This document shows, piece by piece, positions 20,517 through 31,054 of a stretch of DNA of 49,270 nucleotides. This DNA comes from Campylobacter sp. (GTDB taxonomy: Bacteria; Campylobacterota; Campylobacteria; Campylobacterales; Campylobacteraceae): assembly GCF_017646085.1 (NCBI RefSeq), contig NZ_JAGCNF010000048.1, positions 1 to 49,270 of the forward strand. Direction: 5' to 3'. The notes beneath the pieces were generated by a model. That model did not search any database and had not been told where the DNA came from. It was given only the letters and a program-made list of their open reading frames with translations. Made by a program: the position numbers and the translations under genes. Position 1 is the first letter of the stretch. Each line of letters starts with the position of its first letter.

Positions 20517-22453
20517 AATATATTTTCAACCTAATTATAATTTTAGCATTAGCTAGCGTGGCTGGAATTATATATTTTTACTCTCAGATTAAGATTGATA
20601 TATCTAAAATTGTAGATTATAATCCAAAATTAACGACTCATATTTATGATAAAAATGGTGATTTAGTAGCCTATATTTTTGATGAAGAAAATAGACAATA
20701 CGCTAAATTTAGCGAAATTCCGCCACGCATTATAGAGGCACTAATTGCTATAGAAGATACAGCATTTTTTGAACATGGCGGGATAAATTATGAAGCAATT
20801 TTTAGAGCAGCAATCAAAGATATTCAAGCAATGGCTTTAGTTGAAGGTGCTTCAACCCTAACTCAACAACTAGTCAAAAATATGCTCTTAACACGTGAGA
20901 AAAAATTTACTCGTAAACTAAAAGAGTTAATAATCTCTTACGAAGTTGAACATACTCTAACTAAAGAACAGATAATTGAACGATATTTAAACCAGGTATA
21001 TTTTGGTCACGGATATTATGGGATTAAGACTGCTGCGCTTGGATATTTTAAAAAAAATCTTGATGAACTAAGCTTAAAAGAGATATCTATACTAGTAGGC
21101 CTACCAAAAGCGCCTAGCAGCTATGATCCTACAAGACATTTAGATCTATCTCTCTCAAGGGCAAATAATGTACTTCTAAGAATGCACAATATCGGCTGGA
21201 TAACAACCAAAGAGTATCAAGCTGCTATAAAAGAAACACCAAAAATTTATGACCAAACCTTGACTCAAAATAAAGCTCCATATCTAGTAGATGAGACGAT
21301 TAAACAGCTAGCCCTACTCTATCCTGATATCAGATATGGTGGATATAAGATTACTTTAAATGCTGATTTAAAAGTCCAAGAAATAGCTAGAAATGCACTT
21401 AAATTTGGATATAATGAGATCCTAAAACGAAATAAAGACGCAAATACCACAGTATTAAATGGCGCAATGATCGTCACTAATCCAACTAATGGAGATATAT
21501 TAGCTTTAGTGGGTGGCGTAGATTATGCCAAAAGTAATTTTAACCGTGCTACACAAAGCTCTCGCCAGCCAGGTTCTAGCTTTAAACCTTTTATATATCA
21601 AATTGCTTTAAATCAAGGATTATCCCCCCAAAGCAAAATAGCTGATATATCTAGAATTTACGAAGGTGTAAATAAAGACAATCAAGAAGATCAAGACTGG
21701 AAGCCTAAAAATTTTAGTGGCAATTTTAAAGGTTTGATCACATTAAATGATGCTTTAAAACAATCACGCAACCTAGCTACAATAAATCTTTTAAACTCTC
21801 TTGGACTTGATGTAGTTCAAAGAGATTTAGAGAGTTTTGGCTTTAAAAATATTCCTAGCAATCTTTCAATCGCACTTGGGAGTTTTGGGGTTAGTCTTAT
21901 GGATTATAGCGAGCAGTACTCAATATTTCCAGGACTTGGTACTAGACATGAGACTAGACTAATTAATTTTGTAGAGAACAAAAATGGCGAGATATTTAAA
22001 TTTGAGCTAAAAAGCAGCGAGATTATCAAACCAGAACAAGCATATCTAATGATTAAAATGCTTCAAGATGTCGTAGACAGCGGTACTGGACGATCAGCTA
22101 AAACAGATGGAATCGAGCTAGCTGGAAAAACAGGAACAACTAATGAGAGTGTAGATGCATGGTTTTGCGGTTTTAGCCCTGAGATTCAAGTATTAATATG
22201 GTATGGAAATGACAATAACACTCCGATGCGCTATGTAGAGGGTGGCTCTAGAACAGCAGCACCAGTATTTAAGCAGTTTATGCAAGACTTTATTACTGAG
22301 TATCCACAAACTAAACGTAAATTTGATATGCCTCCTGGTGTATATCGTAAAGTTTATAACGGAGTAGATGCATTATATACTACCACCTCACCTTTACCAA
22401 AAGAACAAAATAATATCCTAGAAAAGCAAGATAGAGAGGGGATAATTTTCTAG
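20513..22453 (+). CDS. pbpA: Penicillin-binding protein 1A (bifunctional transglycosylase/transpeptidase)
   Basis: EDTAFFEHGG, GASTLTQQ, SSFK, SRN and KTGT motifs. Confidence 0.96.
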   Translation: MKYIFNLIIILALASVAGIIYFYSQIKIDISKIVDYNPKLTTHIYDKNGDLVAYIFDEENRQYAKFSEIPPRIIEALIAIEDTAFFEHGGINYEAIFRAAIKDIQAMALVEGASTLTQQLVKNMLLTREKKFTRKLKELIISYEVEHTLTKEQIIERYLNQVYFGHGYYGIKTAALGYFKKNLDELSLKEISILVGLPKAPSSYDPTRHLDLSLSRANNVLLRMHNIGWITTKEYQAAIKETPKIYDQTLTQNKAPYLVDETIKQLALLYPDIRYGGYKITLNADLKVQEIARNALKFGYNEILKRNKDANTTVLNGAMIVTNPTNGDILALVGGVDYAKSNFNRATQSSRQPGSSFKPFIYQIALNQGLSPQSKIADISRIYEGVNKDNQEDQDWKPKNFSGNFKGLITLNDALKQSRNLATINLLNSLGLDVVQRDLESFGFKNIPSNLSIALGSFGVSLMDYSEQYSIFPGLGTRHETRLINFVENKNGEIFKFELKSSEIIKPEQAYLMIKMLQDVVDSGTGRSAKTDGIELAGKTGTTNESVDAWFCGFSPEIQVLIWYGNDNNTPMRYVEGGSRTAAPVFKQFMQDFITEYPQTKRKFDMPPGVYRKVYNGVDALYTTTSPLPKEQNNILEKQDREGIIF

Positions 22454-22458
22454 TTTTT

Positions 22459-22497
22459 TTAGAGTTTAAATTTGATAACTTTAAATTTAAACTCTAA
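22459..22497. terminator. Putative bidirectional terminator
   Basis: Perfect 15-bp inverted repeat TTAGAGTTTAAATTT / AAATTTAAACTCTAA between convergent pbpA and cupin genes. Confidence 0.65.
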
Positions 22498-22574
22498 TTA
22501 TTTATAGCATAAGCAATTAAAGCTAGTTTTTGTAAAAATTTAAATGATAGTAGTATATAAAGCAAATTTAAAAA

Positions 22575-22913
22575 TTACTTTTTACTATTTGCTACCTTAA
22601 AAACCCTTGTATGACTATCAGATTTTGATAAACTTAGTCTTATTATAGAATTTTCTAATGCCTTTAACGAATGAGGTATAAATGCAGGCAATGTAATCAT
22701 ATCAAATTCATTCATAACCAAAATCTTACCGCTCATTTCAAATTCAATACCACCACGAAGCACTTGAACTATAATCGCATTTGGAGCCATATGTTCTTTC
22801 ATAACTGCATCTTTAGCCATAGTTATACGAATTTCCTTGCTAAATTCACTCTCACAAAGCATAGCAGTCTTAACACCATCAAAAATATTAAAATTAAAAA
22901 TAATTTTTTCCAC
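22575..22913 (-). CDS. Cupin domain protein
   Basis: MKEHMAP...VQVLRGGIEF...LPAFIPHSLKA cupin motifs 1 and 2. Confidence 0.85.
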   Translation of the reverse strand: MEKIIFNFNIFDGVKTAMLCESEFSKEIRITMAKDAVMKEHMAPNAIIVQVLRGGIEFEMSGKILVMNEFDMITLPAFIPHSLKALENSIIRLSLSKSDSHTRVFKVANSKK

Positions 22914-22955
22914 AGTAAGTCCAAAATAATGATTAAAAATTGAGATAAAGAAGAA

Positions 22956-22972
22956 GCCCCAAAAAAAGGGGC
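22956..22972 (-). terminator. Terminator of rplS operon
   Basis: Minus strand GCCCC-T7-GGGGC followed by TTCTTCTTT. Confidence 0.65.
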
Positions 22973-22988
22973 GAAATTGTAATAAAAA

Positions 22989-23345
22989 TTACTTTTTAAG
23001 CTCTTTAATTCTAGCAGCTTTACCACGTCTATCACGTAGATAGAATAGTTTAGAACGTCTTACACGACCTCTACGTAGTACTGTAATACTCTCTAAGCTA
23101 TCGCTATAAATAGGGAAAATTCTCTCTACACCAACGCTATTAGCACCGATTTTGCGAATGATAAAAGTCTCACCAGTACCACTACCGCGGCGAGCTATAC
23201 AAACGCCTTCAAAGTTTTGAATTCTGCTTTTGTCGCCTTCTTTGATGTGGATAGCAATTCTCAAAGTATCACCAGCACGAAAGTCAGGCACAGACTTAGT
23301 CGCGATTTGAGCATTTTCAAATGCTTCAATATATTTATTTCTCAT
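22989..23345 (-). CDS. rplS: 50S ribosomal protein L19
   Basis: [25 protein letters not shown]. Confidence 0.99.
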   Translation of the reverse strand: MRNKYIEAFENAQIATKSVPDFRAGDTLRIAIHIKEGDKSRIQNFEGVCIARRGSGTGETFIIRKIGANSVGVERIFPIYSDSLESITVLRRGRVRRSKLFYLRDRRGKAARIKELKK

Positions 23346-24037
23346 CTTTTTTCCTTAAAGTTTGGCGATTTAAGAGTTTGATACAAATCAGGGCGAAAAA
23401 ACCGAGTTTTGCAAAGCGCCATATGATTTTTTAAAGCGTTGATTATACTATGATTACCCTTTAAAAAAGCTGAAGGCACAGGTGAGCCATTAAAAATATT
23501 TGGCTTTGTAAAGCTTGGAGCCTCTAAAATTCCATCTTCAAAACTCTCAATATCTAATGAATTTGCATTACCTAAAACCCCGGCAATATTGCGGCTAATA
23601 GCATCACAAAGACTCATAGCAGCAAGCTCACCACCAGTTAAAATAAAATCCCCTATGCAAAAAACCTCATTTACTCTACTCTCGATAACACGTTCATCTA
23701 TACCCTCATATCTACCACAAATAAAACTAATATTTTCTAGCTTCGCAAGTCTCTTAGCGTCATTTTGATTAAATTTTTTACCGGCTGGAGTGAGATAAAT
23801 TACATGCGTCTGCCCTATACTATCAATCGCATCACAAAGTGGTTGCGCACTCATCAAAAGCCCAGCCCCACCACCAACCATATACTCATCAACTTTTTTA
23901 TGTTTATTTTGAGTAAAATCTCGTGGGTTTATACAATTGATCTCTATTAGTCCACTTGTCTGAGCTCTGCCAAGTATAGAGTCGCTAAAATATGGCGTAA
24001 CTAAATTTGGAAATAAGGTTATAAAGTTAAATTTCAT
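23342..24037 (-). CDS. trmD: tRNA (guanine37-N1)-methyltransferase
   Basis: [25 protein letters not shown]. Confidence 0.99.
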   Translation of the reverse strand: MKFNFITLFPNLVTPYFSDSILGRAQTSGLIEINCINPRDFTQNKHKKVDEYMVGGGAGLLMSAQPLCDAIDSIGQTHVIYLTPAGKKFNQNDAKRLAKLENISFICGRYEGIDERVIESRVNEVFCIGDFILTGGELAAMSLCDAISRNIAGVLGNANSLDIESFEDGILEAPSFTKPNIFNGSPVPSAFLKGNHSIINALKNHMALCKTRFFRPDLYQTLKSPNFKEKR

Positions 24038-24040
24038 AAG

Positions 24041-24571
24041 CTAAGAATTAAGCAATATATCCATAGAGTTTTTTACATCTACTCTTTTGCTGTTAATATC
24101 AATCTTAATAATAAAATTATCTTGATATGGTATATAAAACTGCTTTGCAAGTCCTTTGCTAATAAGTTCTGTGCTAGTCTTAATATCAAATAAAAATCCA
24201 GCCCCAACTTCTAAAATATCGTCAATTTTACCAAGCAAAATCTCGCCCTCATAAACCATAGAATCTATGATATCAAAATAAAAATACTCATCTTTTTTAA
24301 GCTTACAACTCTTTTTAGTATCTTCTACAGTACGGTATAAAACTCGATTTACAAGCTCTTTTGCTGCTTCAATACTTTCAAATCCATCAAATATTACAAG
24401 CGAATTAGAAGGTTCATAGCTCTTAATGGATAAAAGATTACCAAACTTATCATAAAATTTAGCACCTTTTTTATACTGCTCTATGAAATCACTACGGTTA
24501 TGAAGCTTTAAAGCTCCCTTTAATCCTACGGTTTTACCAAGTATGCAAACCTCTACTAAATCACTCTTCAA
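24041..24571 (-). CDS. rimM: 16S rRNA processing protein RimM
   Basis: LGKTVGLKG, DEYFYFDI; position between rpsP/khpA and trmD. Confidence 0.95.
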   Translation of the reverse strand: MKSDLVEVCILGKTVGLKGALKLHNRSDFIEQYKKGAKFYDKFGNLLSIKSYEPSNSLVIFDGFESIEAAKELVNRVLYRTVEDTKKSCKLKKDEYFYFDIIDSMVYEGEILLGKIDDILEVGAGFLFDIKTSTELISKGLAKQFYIPYQDNFIIKIDINSKRVDVKNSMDILLNS

Positions 24572-24806
24572 TAGCTTTTACCGTAATTCTATATGAAGTT
24601 GGATCTTTGGCTTTATAGCCTATAACTACAGTTTTTATAGCATTTATCATTTTGCCATCTTTACCGATTAATTTTCCAGTATCGGCCTTACTAGCATAGA
24701 TAATAATCTCATCGAAGTTCTCACCTAAATTTATCCGCTCTGTGCGGATAATATCAGGTGAATCGCTTATAAGTTTAGCATACTCTTTTAAAAAATCTTC
24801 AACCAT
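24561..24806 (-). CDS. khpA: KH-domain RNA-binding protein
   Basis: DTGKLIGKDG GxxG loop; conserved position after rpsP. Confidence 0.92.
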   Translation of the reverse strand: MVEDFLKEYAKLISDSPDIIRTERINLGENFDEIIIYASKADTGKLIGKDGKMINAIKTVVIGYKAKDPTSYRITVKAIEE

Positions 24807-25033
24807 TATTTTGTAATTTGAGCGACTCTATCGCTTAGTTTAGCGCCAACACTTTTCCAATATGCTAATCTCTCAGCATCAAATTTAACTACTTCTGGCT
24901 CTACCATTGGATTGTAATAACCAATGCTTTCAATCCAACCACTATCACGTCTTTTTCTACTATCAGTTACTACGATACGATAAAATGGTCTTTTTTTACG
25001 TCCCATTCTTGTTAATCTAACTACTGTTGCCAT
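24806..25033 (-). CDS. rpsP: 30S ribosomal protein S16
   Basis: [24 protein letters not shown]. Confidence 0.99.
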   Translation of the reverse strand: MATVVRLTRMGRKKRPFYRIVVTDSRKRRDSGWIESIGYYNPMVEPEVVKFDAERLAYWKSVGAKLSDRVAQITK

Positions 25034-25103
25034 CTTTTTCTCCTAAAATATTTTTTATAAGGCTTAGTTATAGCTAAATTCATAGCCATAAATAAACCCT
25101 AAC

Positions 25104-26450
25104 TTATTTAGGGCGGTTAGCGTTTGCCAACATATTTGCAAAGCCTTTCATACTATCTTTATTAGAGAATTTTTTGGCCAACTTTGCAGCACTACTAAAT
25201 TGCTTTAAAAATCTATTTACAGTCATTTGATCAAGTCCAGCCCCAGCAGCAATTCTACGCTTTCTAGCATTATTTAATAGATCTGGATTCTCTCTTTCTT
25301 TTGGAGTCATCGAACTTATCATCGCTTTTATATGTTTAATCTGCTCTGAATTGTCTAGATCAATATCTTTTAACTGATTTGCCATAGAACTCATACCAGG
25401 AATCATTCCCAAGATTCCTTTCATGCTTCCAAGCTTTTTAACACTCTCAAGCTGAGCTATAAAATCATTAAAATTAAACTCACCCTTTTTAATCTTTTTA
25501 TTGAGCTTTTTGGCCTCTTTTTCATCTATGATTGTAGAAGCTTTCTCAGCTAAAGTTGCTAAATCGCCCTCGCCTAAAATTCTGCCGACGATTCTATCAG
25601 GAATAAAGCTCTCAAGATCAGCTACCTTTTCACCCACACCGACAAATCTAAGCGGAATTCCTACTTGATGTGCTATACCTATAGCTACACCACCTTTTGT
25701 ATCAGCATCAAATTTGCTTAAAATAACCCCAGTAATGCCAAGAGCTTCATTAAAACTAGTAGCAGTGCGTACGCCATCTTGCCCACTCATCGCATCTGCA
25801 ACATAAAAAATTTCATCTGGATTTAATACAGATTTTACCTCTTTTAATTCGCTCATTAATGCTTCATCTATTGCCAAGCGACCAGCAGTATCAACCAAAA
25901 GTACATCATAAAGACCATCTTTTGCTTTTTTCAATGCCTCTTGAGCTACATTTACTGGATTATTTTCACCATCGATACTAAAAAGCTCGATCTCATTTGC
26001 GCTACAAAGCTGTCTAAGCTGTTCTACTGCTGCTAAACGCTGCAAGTCAGCTGCAGCTACTAAAACACGTTTTTTACGTGCTTTTAGGTAGCTTGCTAAT
26101 TTTATAGTTGTTGTGGTTTTACCACCACCTTGTAAGCCAGCCATTAACACAACTGTTGGAGGGTTTGAAGCAAACACAAATCCGCTACCTTTATTACCAT
26201 CATTTGGAGCGGTTAAAATATTAGTTAAATTAGTTTTTATACTATCTAAAAACTGCTTTTGGCCTATAGTGCCCTTTTTCATATCAGCTTCTACAAGACT
26301 TACAAGTTCTTTTGTCACCTTGTGATAAACATCAGCCTTTAACAGCGACTTTTTCAGCGTCTCAAGCGCATTTTTTAATGCCTTTTCATCATCGACAAAT
26401 TTAAGTTTATTTACAGCTGATTTTAGCGATTCGCCAATAAGTTCAAACAC
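25104..26450 (-). CDS. ffh: Signal recognition particle protein Ffh
   Basis: GLQGGGKTT, DTAGR, KFDADTKGG, M-domain SMTPKERENP. Confidence 0.99.
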   Translation of the reverse strand: MFELIGESLKSAVNKLKFVDDEKALKNALETLKKSLLKADVYHKVTKELVSLVEADMKKGTIGQKQFLDSIKTNLTNILTAPNDGNKGSGFVFASNPPTVVLMAGLQGGGKTTTTIKLASYLKARKKRVLVAAADLQRLAAVEQLRQLCSANEIELFSIDGENNPVNVAQEALKKAKDGLYDVLLVDTAGRLAIDEALMSELKEVKSVLNPDEIFYVADAMSGQDGVRTATSFNEALGITGVILSKFDADTKGGVAIGIAHQVGIPLRFVGVGEKVADLESFIPDRIVGRILGEGDLATLAEKASTIIDEKEAKKLNKKIKKGEFNFNDFIAQLESVKKLGSMKGILGMIPGMSSMANQLKDIDLDNSEQIKHIKAMISSMTPKERENPDLLNNARKRRIAAGAGLDQMTVNRFLKQFSSAAKLAKKFSNKDSMKGFANMLANANRPK

Positions 26451-26665
26451 TATATACCTTTTTAAATTTGATTAAAATTGCTAATTATACCCTAAATTTC
26501 TTTAACTTTCTTTAATTGCTCAACTATACTTATATTTTTATGACAGATATTTTATGTAATACATAGATGCAAACTAGTATTAGAACAAATATGTAAAGCA
26601 TAAAATTAGCTATAAAATATTGAATTAATTTTTTAAAAGCACTTCATTATAAATTACTTTATAAA

Positions 26666-26695
26666 CTTAGCGGTTCTTTAAAAGTTACCGCCAAG
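26666..26695 (-). terminator. Hairpin downstream of msrAB (possible terminator)
   Basis: Minus strand CTTGGCGGT...ACCGCTAAG followed by TTTAT. Confidence 0.55.
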
Positions 26696-26777
26696 CAAAA
26701 AATAATTAATAATTATATCCCTTGCTAAGTTTAAAACCTAGATAGAAATTTAATAAAGCATACTTGTAAAATAACAA

Positions 26778-27827
26778 TTATTTTACATAGACTTTATATT
26801 CAGAATACCCTCTAGTATCCATCTGATCATATGGGATAAACTCTAATGAAGCACCATTAATGCAATATCTAAGCCCTCCTTTATCAATTGGCCCATCATC
26901 AAATACATGACCTAAATGGCTACCGCTTTGTCTAGATGTAACCTCGATACGCTCCATTCCATGACTAAGATCTCTGTGATAACTAGCCGCATCAGTAGTA
27001 ATAGGTTTAGTAAAGCTAGGCCAACCACATCCAGCATCATATTTATCACTAGAACTAAAAAGTGGTTTTTTACTCACAATATCTACATAGATTCCACGCT
27101 CATCAAATTTATCATATTGACTACTATATGGGCGCTCTGTAGCCTTTTCTTGGGTAACTTTAAATGCTAAATCGCTTAATTTTTCTTTTAATTCAGATAG
27201 GCTTGGAATTTTAAATTTACTCTCATCATATAAAGGCTTAGATGCTAGATCTAAATCTATATGACAATAGCCATTTGGGTTTTTATCTAGATATTTTTGA
27301 TGATAATCCTCGGCTTTTACATAATTGCTTAGCGGTGCAACTTCGATGGCGATTGGCTTAGTAGTTTTAGCTTGTTTGGCTTTAATAAATTCCTTAATAA
27401 TTGGCTCTAAATTTAGATCACTATAGTAAATACCAGTGCGATATTGTCTGCCTATATCATTACCTTGACGATTGATTGAAAATGGATCAATAATACGATA
27501 ATAATGTTCTAAAATCTCATTAATATCTACTATATTTGGGTTAAATTTAAGCATTACAACTTCAGCGTGATCAGTACGAGAAATCTGTTGATAGCTAGTT
27601 TGAGCACTAGAGCCATTAGCATAACCAACTTCACTATACTCCACACCCATAATACGATCAAAATAGCCCTGCGTTCCCCAAAAACAGCCACCACCTAAAT
27701 AAATTTGGATTGGATTTTGCAGTTTAGTTTGTGCTGCTGTTTGCGTTATATTTTGCATATTTTCACCCTTTGGATTAGCCATTAGCGTAAGCGTGGCTAG
27801 TAATGTTGTAATTATATATTTTAGCAT
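26778..27827 (-). CDS. msrAB: Bifunctional peptide methionine sulfoxide reductase MsrA/MsrB with predicted signal peptide
   Basis: Msr[19 protein letters not shown]; MsrB GCGWPSF, HLGHVF, RYCIN; hydrophobic N-terminus; ATG at 27827 behind AAGGAG. Confidence 0.95.
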   Translation of the reverse strand: MLKYIITTLLATLTLMANPKGENMQNITQTAAQTKLQNPIQIYLGGGCFWGTQGYFDRIMGVEYSEVGYANGSSAQTSYQQISRTDHAEVVMLKFNPNIVDINEILEHYYRIIDPFSINRQGNDIGRQYRTGIYYSDLNLEPIIKEFIKAKQAKTTKPIAIEVAPLSNYVKAEDYHQKYLDKNPNGYCHIDLDLASKPLYDESKFKIPSLSELKEKLSDLAFKVTQEKATERPYSSQYDKFDERGIYVDIVSKKPLFSSSDKYDAGCGWPSFTKPITTDAASYHRDLSHGMERIEVTSRQSGSHLGHVFDDGPIDKGGLRYCINGASLEFIPYDQMDTRGYSEYKVYVK

Positions 27828-28070
27828 CAAAACTCCTTTATACTAACATTTTAACAAAGCTGACACAATGAAAAATAAATTTTATAAGATTTAGGTGGAT
27901 TTGCACAAATTTGATTTTGATTTCAGTACAACTACAATTGCAAATAGACTTGCAAACTTAAAAAAATATATTAATTTTAAAATGGCTATACGCTATTAAA
28001 GTCCATATTTAAATAGTTTTGCTTTAAATTTAATAGATCAAGATAGTTTATATAATTAATTATTTTGCAA

Positions 28071-28106
28071 GTCATTACTAGCTTTACAAACAAGACTAGT
28101 AATGAC
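28071..28106 (-). terminator. Hairpin downstream of feoB
   Basis: 11-bp inverted repeat GTCATTACTAG / CTAGTAATGAC. Confidence 0.55.
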
Positions 28107-28135
28107 GATACTTTTTAAATTTAAACTGCAAAACT

Positions 28136-30247
28136 CTAGATAAGTTTTGCAATTATTAATCCTATAAATGCGACTAGATATGCTACAAATGTGGTAAATA
28201 AAAATAGATAACCAATATATTTATATCCACCTGCTTCTTTGCCAAATACAATAGTTGCAGCTAAACAAGGATTATAAATCATAACAAATAGTATAAACGC
28301 TATAGCTACATCAAATGGTATAGCCTCTTTAATCTTACTCATTAGACCTTGACTTGTCTCATCAACTTCTGAACCTAAAGAGTATAATACACCCATCGTA
28401 GAGATGGCAACCTCTTTGGCTGCTAGACCGCTAACTAGCGAGACGCTAAGTCTCCAGTCAAATCCAAGCGGAGCAAAAACTGGCTCTATAATCTTACCAG
28501 TCATTCCTAGATAGCTATTTTCTATCAAATATTTTTCTAATTCAAATGATAATTCATCTTTTTGTTCATCACTTGTAGCAAGCTCTATCTTTTGCTCATA
28601 CTCTGCTACTATATCTTTATGCAACGGAAAAGTGCTAGCTATCCATATAAGCACAGTAGCAGCAAGAATAAAAGTACCAGCTTTTTTGATATACATTTTA
28701 GCCTTATTATAAACCATAAACCATACTAGCTTCCAATTAGGTACTCTATACTTTGGCATCTCCATAACAAATGGCTCATCAGGCCCTTTAAATGCTGTCT
28801 TTCTAAGAATCTTAGCAGCAATAAGCCCCAAAATCGCCCCTAAAATATATATAGCAAATAGCCAGTTGCCTGCTTGAGACTCTGGAGCAAACGCTCCTAC
28901 AAATAACACATAAACAGGAAGTCTAGCCCCACAACTCATAAAATTGATAATAAATAGAGTTAGTAAGCGATCTTTTTGGTTTTTAAGTGTGCGTGTAGCC
29001 ATAAAAGCCGGCACAGAACAACCAAAGCCAGTCACTAGTGGGATAAAGCTTTTACCATGTAAGCCAAATTTATGAAAAAACCCATCAAGCAAAAATGATA
29101 CACGGGCCATATATCCAGTAGTTTCTAAAAGCGCAATTCCAAGAAATAAAATTATAATATTTGGTAAAAATAGTATAACAGCGCCAACTCCACCAATAAT
29201 CCCATCAGCTAAAAGTGAAGCGAGCATATCATTGGCTATATTTTCTTTAATTACATCACCAAGCGCAGAAAATCCAGCCTCTATATAATCCATTGGAATT
29301 GATCCAAGCGTAAAAGTAAGCCAAAAAAGTAACCACATAAAAAATAAAAATATAGGAATTCCAATATATTTATTAATTAGTACCTTATCTACAATCTTAG
29401 TATAATTAATCTCTTTTGGCTTATTATATTTAACACTCTCAGCTATTGCACCATTTACAAAATCGCTATACTCTTGCATAAAAATTTGATTTACGGACTC
29501 TGTTTTATATTGTATGTATAAATTTTTATGACTATCGCTAATAATGCGTGAAAGCTCAGTAAAAATTGGCTTATCGTGCAAATTTTTATAAATTTCATTA
29601 TCTTGTTTAAGCAAAGCAATAGCTATCTCTTTTATGCTTTGGTTAAGTCTTTTTATATTTGGATCATTTTTAGCATTTAAAAACTCGCAAACTCTTTGTA
29701 TCTCATTCTCAATAGCATCACTAAATATACGCTTATTTGGTCTATACTCAGTCTCATAAGTTTTAATAATACAATCAAGCAATTTATCCAAATTCGATTT
29801 TGTATTAGCTGAAACCAAAACACACGGCACTCCTAAAAGCTCTTCTAAAGTCTTAACATTTATATTTATACCTTCTTTAGTGGCCTCATCACTCATATTT
29901 AGTGCTAAGATCATCTTTTTATTTTTTTCCATTATCTGTGTAGTAAGTATCAGATTACGCTCTAAATTTGTAGAATCAGCAACATTTATAATAAGATCAT
30001 AGTTATTTTGAGATATAAAATCCCTTGCAACTTTCTCCTCTAGAGAGTAACCATAGATAGAGTAAGTACCAGGCAAATCAATAATATTTATAATATAATT
30101 TTTATAATTTAATTTAGCTTCTGATTTTTCAACTGTTACACCGGCAAAATTACCAACTTTTAAATGCGAACCACTTATAGCATTGATTAAAAGCGTTTTA
30201 CCAACATTAGGCTGGCCAACTAGCGCTATTTTAATAATCTTTTTCAT
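28136..30247 (-). CDS. feoB: Ferrous iron transporter FeoB
   Basis: GQPNVGKT, GVTVE, DLPG, NMSD G-motifs; GFGCSVP and MSCGAR gate motifs. Confidence 0.98.
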   Translation of the reverse strand: MKKIIKIALVGQPNVGKTLLINAISGSHLKVGNFAGVTVEKSEAKLNYKNYIINIIDLPGTYSIYGYSLEEKVARDFISQNNYDLIINVADSTNLERNLILTTQIMEKNKKMILALNMSDEATKEGININVKTLEELLGVPCVLVSANTKSNLDKLLDCIIKTYETEYRPNKRIFSDAIENEIQRVCEFLNAKNDPNIKRLNQSIKEIAIALLKQDNEIYKNLHDKPIFTELSRIISDSHKNLYIQYKTESVNQIFMQEYSDFVNGAIAESVKYNKPKEINYTKIVDKVLINKYIGIPIFLFFMWLLFWLTFTLGSIPMDYIEAGFSALGDVIKENIANDMLASLLADGIIGGVGAVILFLPNIIILFLGIALLETTGYMARVSFLLDGFFHKFGLHGKSFIPLVTGFGCSVPAFMATRTLKNQKDRLLTLFIINFMSCGARLPVYVLFVGAFAPESQAGNWLFAIYILGAILGLIAAKILRKTAFKGPDEPFVMEMPKYRVPNWKLVWFMVYNKAKMYIKKAGTFILAATVLIWIASTFPLHKDIVAEYEQKIELATSDEQKDELSFELEKYLIENSYLGMTGKIIEPVFAPLGFDWRLSVSLVSGLAAKEVAISTMGVLYSLGSEVDETSQGLMSKIKEAIPFDVAIAFILFVMIYNPCLAATIVFGKEAGGYKYIGYLFLFTTFVAYLVAFIGLIIAKLI

Positions 30248-30471
30248 TAAATTTTTTCCACCTCGATACTTTTAGCTTCATCACTTCTAAGCATTAAGCA
30301 CATCCTATCACACTCTATTAAGATTGTTGAACCACCTAAAGTACTACCAACTTTTTTGACCATTTTAGCCCTAGAAAGTCCTAGACTAAAAAATCGCTCA
30401 AGCAACTGCTCTGTTACATTAAAATTTGAAATTTTAGCGACTTCACCGTTTTCTAATAGATCTAGAGTCAT
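30247..30471 (-). CDS. feoA: Ferrous iron transport protein FeoA
   Basis: 74 aa, RFFSLGL...LRSDEAKSIEV; its stop abuts the feoB start. Confidence 0.92.
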   Translation of the reverse strand: MTLDLLENGEVAKISNFNVTEQLLERFFSLGLSRAKMVKKVGSTLGGSTILIECDRMCLMLRSDEAKSIEVEKI

Positions 30472-30484
30472 ATTTATAACCTTT

Positions 30485-30503
30485 AATAATGAAATGCATT
30501 ATC
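30485..30503. promoter_or_regulatory. Fur box upstream of feoA
   Basis: AATAATGAAATGCATTATC, 15/19 match to GATAATGATAATCATTATC, 13 nt upstream of the feoA start. Confidence 0.8.
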
Positions 30504-30943
30504 AATTATAGTTAAATATACATTAAAGTTTTATTAAAAATAGTAGTTATATTGCAGAATTAAATTTTTGAATTACCAATACATATGCGCAAATACAAGA
30601 TAGCTTAATACTAATGTATAAATAAGATTTTAAACTAAAAATATTTAACAATATTCATTAAATAAAATTAATCTATTATTGTCTAGAACGGCTTAAATTT
30701 TATTCCTATAATAATTGTATTGATACAATCTTGTGTTATCTGGCATATAATAGAATATTTTTTAATGCTGCAATTTAGATATTTATAAATAAGATATAAT
30801 TAAAAGAAAATTGATTTAATTTTACTGATTAAGCTTAAAAGGTTAAATTTGGTTTCTAACAGCTATGATTTCATCTTTTAAAACCTAAAAAAGAAACTTG
30901 GATAAAAGTAAATAAAGAGTATTAATCCTATTTAATTACAAAA

Positions 30944-31020
30944 TGGCCTCCCCAATAGGATTCGAACCTATGGCCTCAGAATTAGGAATTCTGCGCTCTA
31001 TCCTGCTGAGCTATGAGGAG
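30944..31020 (-). tRNA. tRNA-Arg (anticodon CCT)
   Basis: Cloverleaf: acceptor CTCCTCA/TGGGGAG, anticodon arm CAGAA-TTCCTAA-TTCTG, GGTTCGAATCC T-arm, encoded CCA; 77 nt. Confidence 0.97.
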
Positions 31021-31024
31021 CAAA

Positions 31025-31040
31025 CTCCGCCGAAGCGGAG
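31025..31040 (-). terminator. cUUCGg hairpin after fusA (weak terminator or processing site)
   Basis: Minus strand CTCCGC-TTCG-GCGGAG then TTTG, 4 nt before the tRNA 5' end. Confidence 0.65.
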
Positions 31041-31054
31041 AAAATTAAAATGTA

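Noticed and set aside
26451-26777. Possible SRP 4.5S RNA or other ncRNA beside ffh
   Set aside because: No SRP domain IV motif (CAGG...GGAA...AGCAG). Only an AT-rich promoter region and one terminator-like hairpin.
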